Assembly (NCBI RefSeq): GCF_003351905.1
Contig: NZ_CP022339.1
Span: forward strand, 1,071,594-1,103,593
Source of the DNA: Candidatus Saccharimonadota bacterium
Lineage (GTDB): Bacteria; Bacteroidota; Bacteroidia; Cytophagales; Amoebophilaceae
Direction of reading: 5' to 3'
Length of the DNA stretch: 32,000 nt
The notes under the pieces are model-generated. The model did no database searches and was not told where the DNA came from. It saw only the letters and a list, made by a program, of their open reading frames with translations. Positions 26,675 through 32,000 of the stretch are shown in pieces. The translations under genes were made by a program, and so were the position numbers. The first letter of the stretch is position 1. Every line of letters begins with the position of its first letter.

Positions 26675-27807
26675 ATCTTCTTAAGAGCATCTATTAAATG
26701 ATCTAAGTGGATCTCAGTGTGACTTACATTAAGTGCAATCCGTAATCTTGCTGTACCAGGAGGAACAGTAGGTGGACGTATAACAGAAACAATCAATCCG
26801 TGTTTTAAAAGCTTTGCTTTCGCATGGATTGTACTAGTTTCATTACCTAGAATGATTGGTATAATATGTGTAACCGAATTACCTATATTAAATCCAAGTC
26901 TTTGTAGATTATTCCTCAACTTTTCGGCCTTACAAGCTAAAGCTTGACGTTGATCAGTGAGATCTTTTATTAAGTCCCAAGCCTTAGCTGCTGCACCAAT
27001 TATCATTGGCGAAAGAGAAGTTGAGTAGATAAACCCTGAACATTTGTTGATAAGGTAATGCTTTATAATATTAGAGCAACAAACATATGCTCCGAAGCAC
27101 CCCAACGCTTTACTAAAAGTACCTAAAACTAAGTGGGGAATTTCATTAAGATTAATGTTAGTAGATAAGCCGTATCCATCATCACCGATAACACCCGTTG
27201 CATGTGCTTCATCTAAGTATAAAAAAGCATCATGTTCTTTACTGAGCCTAAAGATTTCATCTATTGGTATAACATCTCCATCCATACCAAAAATAGTTTC
27301 AGTAACAATAAACTTTTTCCTTTTTTGATCTTTGAATTTTGTCAATAATTTACTTAAGTGATTCATGTCATTATGATGGTATCGTATAAGCTCAGCATCA
27401 CTTAAAAATATAGCTTGATATAAACTTGCATGATTTAATTTGTCGAAAAAAACCATAGGTTTATGGCCTAATATTGCCTGATCTAATAAACTTGCAAGAA
27501 CTGTTACATTAGATTGAAAACCAGAGTTTAAAATAAGAGCTGACTCAGTTTTTTTGTCTTGAGCAATCTTACTTTCAAGATCTTCAAATATTGGTCTATT
27601 ACCAGATAGTAAACGAGAACCAGTAGATCCTACTCCAAACTGTTTTCCAGCAGATTTTGCTACTTTTAATACCACTTTTGACTTGCTTAATCCAAAATAA
27701 TCATTACTAGAAAAATCAATAAAATTTTTATCCAAATCTGATTGTAACTGTCTATATTTTTCTTTAGCTTTTAATTCATCAAGATGTTTGTAGTATTCTT
27801 TGTACAT
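26671..27807 (-). CDS. bioF: 8-amino-7-oxononanoate synthase
   Basis: 378 aa. This is an alpha-oxoamine synthase pattern with LDEAHATG and the PLP-lysine motif GTFSKALG. Confidence 0.92.
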   Translation of the reverse strand: MYKEYYKHLDELKAKEKYRQLQSDLDKNFIDFSSNDYFGLSKSKVVLKVAKSAGKQFGVGSTGSRLLSGNRPIFEDLESKIAQDKKTESALILNSGFQSNVTVLASLLDQAILGHKPMVFFDKLNHASLYQAIFLSDAELIRYHHNDMNHLSKLLTKFKDQKRKKFIVTETIFGMDGDVIPIDEIFRLSKEHDAFLYLDEAHATGVIGDDGYGLSTNINLNEIPHLVLGTFSKALGCFGAYVCCSNIIKHYLINKCSGFIYSTSLSPMIIGAAAKAWDLIKDLTDQRQALACKAEKLRNNLQRLGFNIGNSVTHIIPIILGNETSTIHAKAKLLKHGLIVSVIRPPTVPPGTARLRIALNVSHTEIHLDHLIDALKKI

Positions 27808-27860
27808 AATTAATTTTTTATTTACCCAACTTACCTATACCTAAGTAAAATTTAAAACTA

Positions 27861-28820
27861 ATGAAAAAAAAATGGATTCTTTCTGAAATAGACAAAATTT
27901 TTAGTCTTCCATTTCCCGAGTTGATTTATACAGCACAAGGAGTACATAGAACACGTTTTAATGGTCATGAAGTACAGATTAGTACACTTTTGAGCATTAA
28001 AACAGGTAGTTGTCCTGAAAATTGCTCTTACTGTCCCCAGTCAGCACACTACGATACTGGATTAAAAAAAGAGCCTTTATCAAAAATTTCAGAAGTAATT
28101 GAAGCAGCCAAACGTGCAAAAGAAGCTGGTAGTACTCGTTTCTGTATGGGTGCAGCTTGGCGTGGACCACGCGATCAAGATTTAAAAATTGTTTGCGAAA
28201 TGGTTAGAGAAGTAAAAAAACTAGGTGTTGAGACATGTGTCACACTTGGGTTATTGAAAGACTACCAAGCTAATATGCTTAAAGAGGCTGGTTTAGATTT
28301 TTACAATCATAATGTTGATACATCTCAAGAGTATTACGATAAAATTATAACAACACGTACTTTTAAAGATCGTTTAGATACATTGGAGCATGTACGTAGT
28401 GCTGGTATCAAGGTTTGTTGTGGTGGTATCCTTGGCATGGGAGAAACTAATCAAGATCGAATAAAAATGTTGATCCTTCTTGCTAACATGGAGGAACCAC
28501 CAGAATCAGTACCAATTAATATGCTGATGAAAATTCCTGGCACTCCTCTTGAACATGTAGCTGATGTCGATCCGTTTGATTTTGTCCGTACTATTGCAAT
28601 AGCTAGAATCATAATGCCCACATCTTATATTCGTTTATCAGCTGGGAGAGAAAAAATGTCAGATGAGCTGCAAGCTCTATGTTTCCTTGCTGGAGCTAAT
28701 TCAATTTTTTATGGTGAAAAGCTACTAACCGCTCAAAATCCGGTACCTGAACAAGATGAATTTTTATTACAAAGATTAGGCCTAAAAAAGTTGCATAACG
28801 AGTCATCTATTTCTATCTAA
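27861..28820 (+). CDS. bioB: Biotin synthase (radical SAM)
   Basis: 319 aa with the [11 protein letters not shown] cluster motif and YNHNVDTS. It is divergent from bioF across a 53-bp spacer. Confidence 0.95.
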   Translation: MKKKWILSEIDKIFSLPFPELIYTAQGVHRTRFNGHEVQISTLLSIKTGSCPENCSYCPQSAHYDTGLKKEPLSKISEVIEAAKRAKEAGSTRFCMGAAWRGPRDQDLKIVCEMVREVKKLGVETCVTLGLLKDYQANMLKEAGLDFYNHNVDTSQEYYDKIITTRTFKDRLDTLEHVRSAGIKVCCGGILGMGETNQDRIKMLILLANMEEPPESVPINMLMKIPGTPLEHVADVDPFDFVRTIAIARIIMPTSYIRLSAGREKMSDELQALCFLAGANSIFYGEKLLTAQNPVPEQDEFLLQRLGLKKLHNESSISI

Positions 28821-28913
28821 TTTTGTAAGCAATAACAGTTAAATCTTGTTTCACGTTTATAAAAAATCATATTTTAAAAACCAAAATGCCTAAGGTATAT
28901 CGTTTCGTGTATT

Positions 28914-30362
28914 ATGGAAAAAAAGGCAGAAGATATCTTACAAAAGATTACTGATTCCGATTATGAGTATGGCTTTGAAAGTAATATTTCTGTAGATACC
29001 ATTCCAAAAGGTTTAACAGAGGATACGATTCGTTTGATCTCATATAAAAAAGAAGAACCTGATTGGCTTCTAACCCGTCGTTTACAAGCCTTTCGTCATT
29101 TATCTAAACTCAAAGAACCGACCTGGGCAAAAGTTAGCTATCCACCTATAGACTATCAGAATATCATTTATTATGCTGCTCCTAAGCAAAAAGTACAACT
29201 GAGTTCTTTAGAAGAAGCTGATCCTGAATTACTAGCTACATTCAAGAGGCTCGGTATCTCTCTAGAAGAACAAAAAAGGTTAACTGGTGTAGCTATGGAT
29301 GTTGTATTGGATAGTGTTTCCGTGGCCACTACTTTTAAAGATACGTTAAATAAACTAGGAATTATTTTTTGTTCCTTTAGTGAAGCGGTTCAAAAGCACT
29401 CTGATTTAGTTCAAAAGTATTTAGGTAAGGTAGTACCCATGACCGATAATTATTTTGCTACCCTGAATATGTCTGTATTTAGTGATGGTTCCTTTTGCTA
29501 TATTCCCAAAGGTGTCCATTGTCCTATGGAGCTTTCCACTTATTTTCGCATCAATGCCACCAATACGGGGCAATTTGAACGGACTTTAATTGTAGCAGAA
29601 GAAGATGCTTATGTTAGCTATTTAGAAGGGTGTACCGCCCCTATGCGGGATGAACACCAATTACATGCTGCTGTAGTAGAGATTTATGCTGAAAAAGGGG
29701 CGCATGTAAAATATGCTACTGTGCAAAATTGGTATCCAGGTAATAAGGATGGGGTAGGTGGGGTCTATAATTTTGTAACCAAAAGAGGCCTTTGTGCGGG
29801 CGCGCATGCTAAAATTTCTTGGACACAAGTAGAAACAGGATCAGCTATTACTTGGAAGTATCCCAGTTGTATTTTAATGGGAGACCATTCGGTAGGTGAA
29901 TTTTATTCTGTAGCGGTTACTAAGAATAAACAGCAAGCAGATACGGGAACGAAAATGATTCACTTAGGTAAACATACCAAGAGCCGAATTGTAGCCAAGG
30001 GTATTGCAGCTGGCTAATCCAATAATAGTTATAGGGATTTGGTTAAGCTCACATCTGGAGCTGCGCATGCTACTAACTTTTCTCAGTGTGACTCTTTATT
30101 GATGGGCAATAATTGTGGTGCTCATACTTTTCCTTATATAGAAGTAAAAAACCCAACCGGGCAGGTGGCCCATGAAGCCACTACTTCTAAAATTAGTGAA
30201 GACCAATTGTTTTATTGCAATCAACATGGTATTGATCATGAAAACGCAATTGCACTTATTGTCAATGGTTACTGCAAGGAAGTACTTAATCAGTTGCCTA
30301 TGGAGTTTGCTGTAGAAGCCCAAAAACTATTGTCGCTTACTTTAGAAGGCAGTGTTGGGTAG
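28914..30362 (+). pseudogene. sufB: Fe-S cluster assembly scaffold SufB with one in-frame TAA
   Basis: ORFs 28914..30017 and 30039..30362 are in the same frame. The reading GIAAG(TAA)[11 protein letters not shown]...[20 protein letters not shown]...[16 protein letters not shown]...[10 protein letters not shown] is colinear with SufB through to the normal C-terminus. Confidence 0.9.
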
Positions 30363-30645
30363 GGGTTATGTAACTAGTACTACCGAAAAATTTTATGAAA
30401 TTTTCTATCAGAGAATAAAAAATTATATTGTTTTCCATAAGATAATGTGATAAGACAATGTGATATTGCCTTAATAGGCTAGGTCAAGGACCCTAAAAAA
30501 GGATATTATTTAGACCTTTATAAGCAGTACATACTGTAGCAATCTCTGATATTTTGTTTCCGTTCACGACTATGGTAATAAAAGTTGTTAAATGAGCAAT
30601 AATTTGCTAGGTTTAGTTATTATTTATCAATACTTATACATCTCC

Positions 30646-32000
30646 ATGGAAGGTCTTGGATCTCTAGTTAACAGCTTACAATCAGAAATTCGCCAACTAA
30701 AGGCAGAGATTGATGTATTGACTGATTTATTTACTTTAAAGATCGACCTACTAACGGCAGAAAATAGATCCTTAAAGGAAGCAACTACCTCCTTAACAGC
30801 AACCAATAAAGCTTTAACTGAAGAAATTTCTAAGCTAAAATACAAGCTAGGTTTGACCTCTAAGAACTCCTCGATTCCTACCTCCAAAGAGCTATACAAA
30901 ATAAAACGGAATAAAGTAAAAAGTACTCGTAAACGAGGCGGTCAACCTGGTCACTCAGGTGCTGCTCGTGGTAAGATGGTAGCAGATGAGGTTATCGAGT
31001 TGTCTATTTCAGGTTCATGTTCCTGTGGTGGTCATGTAGCGATATCTTCCAAGCCTTATATTCATCAAAAAGTAGATTTACCCGATATTAAGCCGCATGT
31101 AATCAGTTATCATATGGAGCATGGTCGCTGTAGAAAATGCGGGAAACGCTACACTGCTAGACTTCCTAAGGGTGTTACCTCAGATGCCTTTGGTCCTAAA
31201 ATCAAATCAGTGATAGGCGCTTTGACTGGCTTTTATAAAAACTCTAAACGAGAGGTAGCTTGTATATTACAAGATATCTTTAATCTAGATATCAGTCTGG
31301 GTAGTATCTCTAATAGCGAGGCTAGGGTAGCATTCAAAATGCAAAACAGCTTACCAAGCTATAGAAGAAACCATTAAGCAAAGTAAAGTACTGCATATAG
31401 ACGAAACGGGGCACAATAATAATGGTAAACTAAATTGGGGTTGGATGTTTACTAACGTTATGGCCAGCCTCCTTAAGCTCACTACTTCCAGAAGCCGAAA
31501 AGTTTTAGAAAGTAGTGGACTGAATCCTAAAGATCACATTGTGATCAGTGATAGATACGCAGTTTACAATTACTTTCCACCCACCCATAGGCAACTTTGT
31601 TGGTCACATATAGCTAGAGATTTTGAGAGGTTTTCCCATAGTTTCCATAGAGGTGTTAAAGTATAAGGCTATTCCTTAAAACAGATAGCCAGTGAATTAT
31701 TTGCTTTACATCGATCCTTTTTGAATCATTCTATTGAGTTACTTCCTTTTTTAAGGCGCATTAGAAAATTGCGCAAACAGACCTGGTATGGCTTAAAAGC
31801 TATTGCTAGGGTAGCAGGTGCTGTGCACGCTAATCGTGTAGCCAGAAATATAATGCGAGCAGAGCCTATGTTATGGAAATTTTATCAGGACCCGGTAAAC
31901 ATTCCTTTGACTAATAACTTGGCTGAGAGGCAAATCAGACACTACGTGGTTTATCGTAAAAACTCATACTTTACTCAATCAGAACGGGGTAATAGATTCT
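30646..32000 (+). pseudogene. IS66-family transposase, decayed (frameshift plus in-frame stop), continues off-window
   Basis: It has an N-terminal leucine zipper, RGGQPGHSG, and a zinc-finger-like CSCGG...CRKCG. The frame shifts near 31335-31350 to ...AIEETIKQSKVLHIDETGHNNNGKLNWGW. An in-frame TAA lies at 31664-31666, then ...LTNNLAERQIRHYVVYRKNSYF. Confidence 0.85.

Noticed and set aside
27808-27860. The 53-bp bioF-bioB divergent spacer was inspected for a BirA-type bio operator palindrome.
   Set aside because: Only a weak partial inverted match (tttatttac ... gtaaaattt) is present, nothing like a 40-bp bioO-type palindrome. I cannot support a regulatory call.
30015-31666. In-frame TAA codons in two otherwise conserved genes (sufB and the IS66 transposase) raised the possibility of TAA reassignment or a variant genetic code.
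   Set aside because: TAA is clearly used as a genuine terminator by many well-delimited genes here (for example the traE-like gene, bioB and tnpA). The IS66 gene also carries a frameshift, so ordinary pseudogenisation is the simpler explanation.

Overview
This window is an AT-rich, IS-saturated accessory region. It looks like a plasmid or integrated mobile island of an intracellular Bacteroidota symbiont. A Cardinium/Amoebophilus-like host is my inference from the Bacteroidota-type tra genes plus the symbiont-type biotin operon; I could not run a search. Contents, left to right:

1. The 3' part of an IS256-family element (copy A).
2. A tightly packed, translationally coupled partial conjugative type IV secretion operon of the Bacteroides CTn type (traE/F-like, traG, traJ, traK, traN-like, traM-like, plus two unknown ORFs). 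No relaxase or coupling protein is present.
3. An Rpn/YhgA-like nuclease gene frameshifted by an 8-bp tandem duplication.
4. A parA plus ribbon-helix-helix partition-like module behind large AT-rich palindromes.
5. An orphan Tn3-family terminal repeat.
6. A three-level nested insertion. An IS481-family transposase gene is split by a complete 4.4-kb Tn3-family transposon (38-bp IRs, 5-bp TSD). That transposon's resolvase gene is in turn split by a 438-bp MITE-like element.
7. Two orphan lipoprotein genes, one SUKH/SMI1-like.
8. Two more IS256 copies in inverted orientation, one frameshifted. They flank a divergent pair of 3'-truncated genes.
9. A decayed IS3-family element.
10. A complete biotin operon arranged bioA-bioD-bioC-bioH-bioF opposite bioB.
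11. sufB carrying a single in-frame TAA, with no sufCDS downstream.
12. A decayed IS66-family transposase running off the window.

I saw no rRNA, tRNA or CRISPR array. The most interesting themes are the mobile context of the biotin operon, the stripped-down T4SS, the nested transposons with a new MITE, and the orphan lipoprotein pair.
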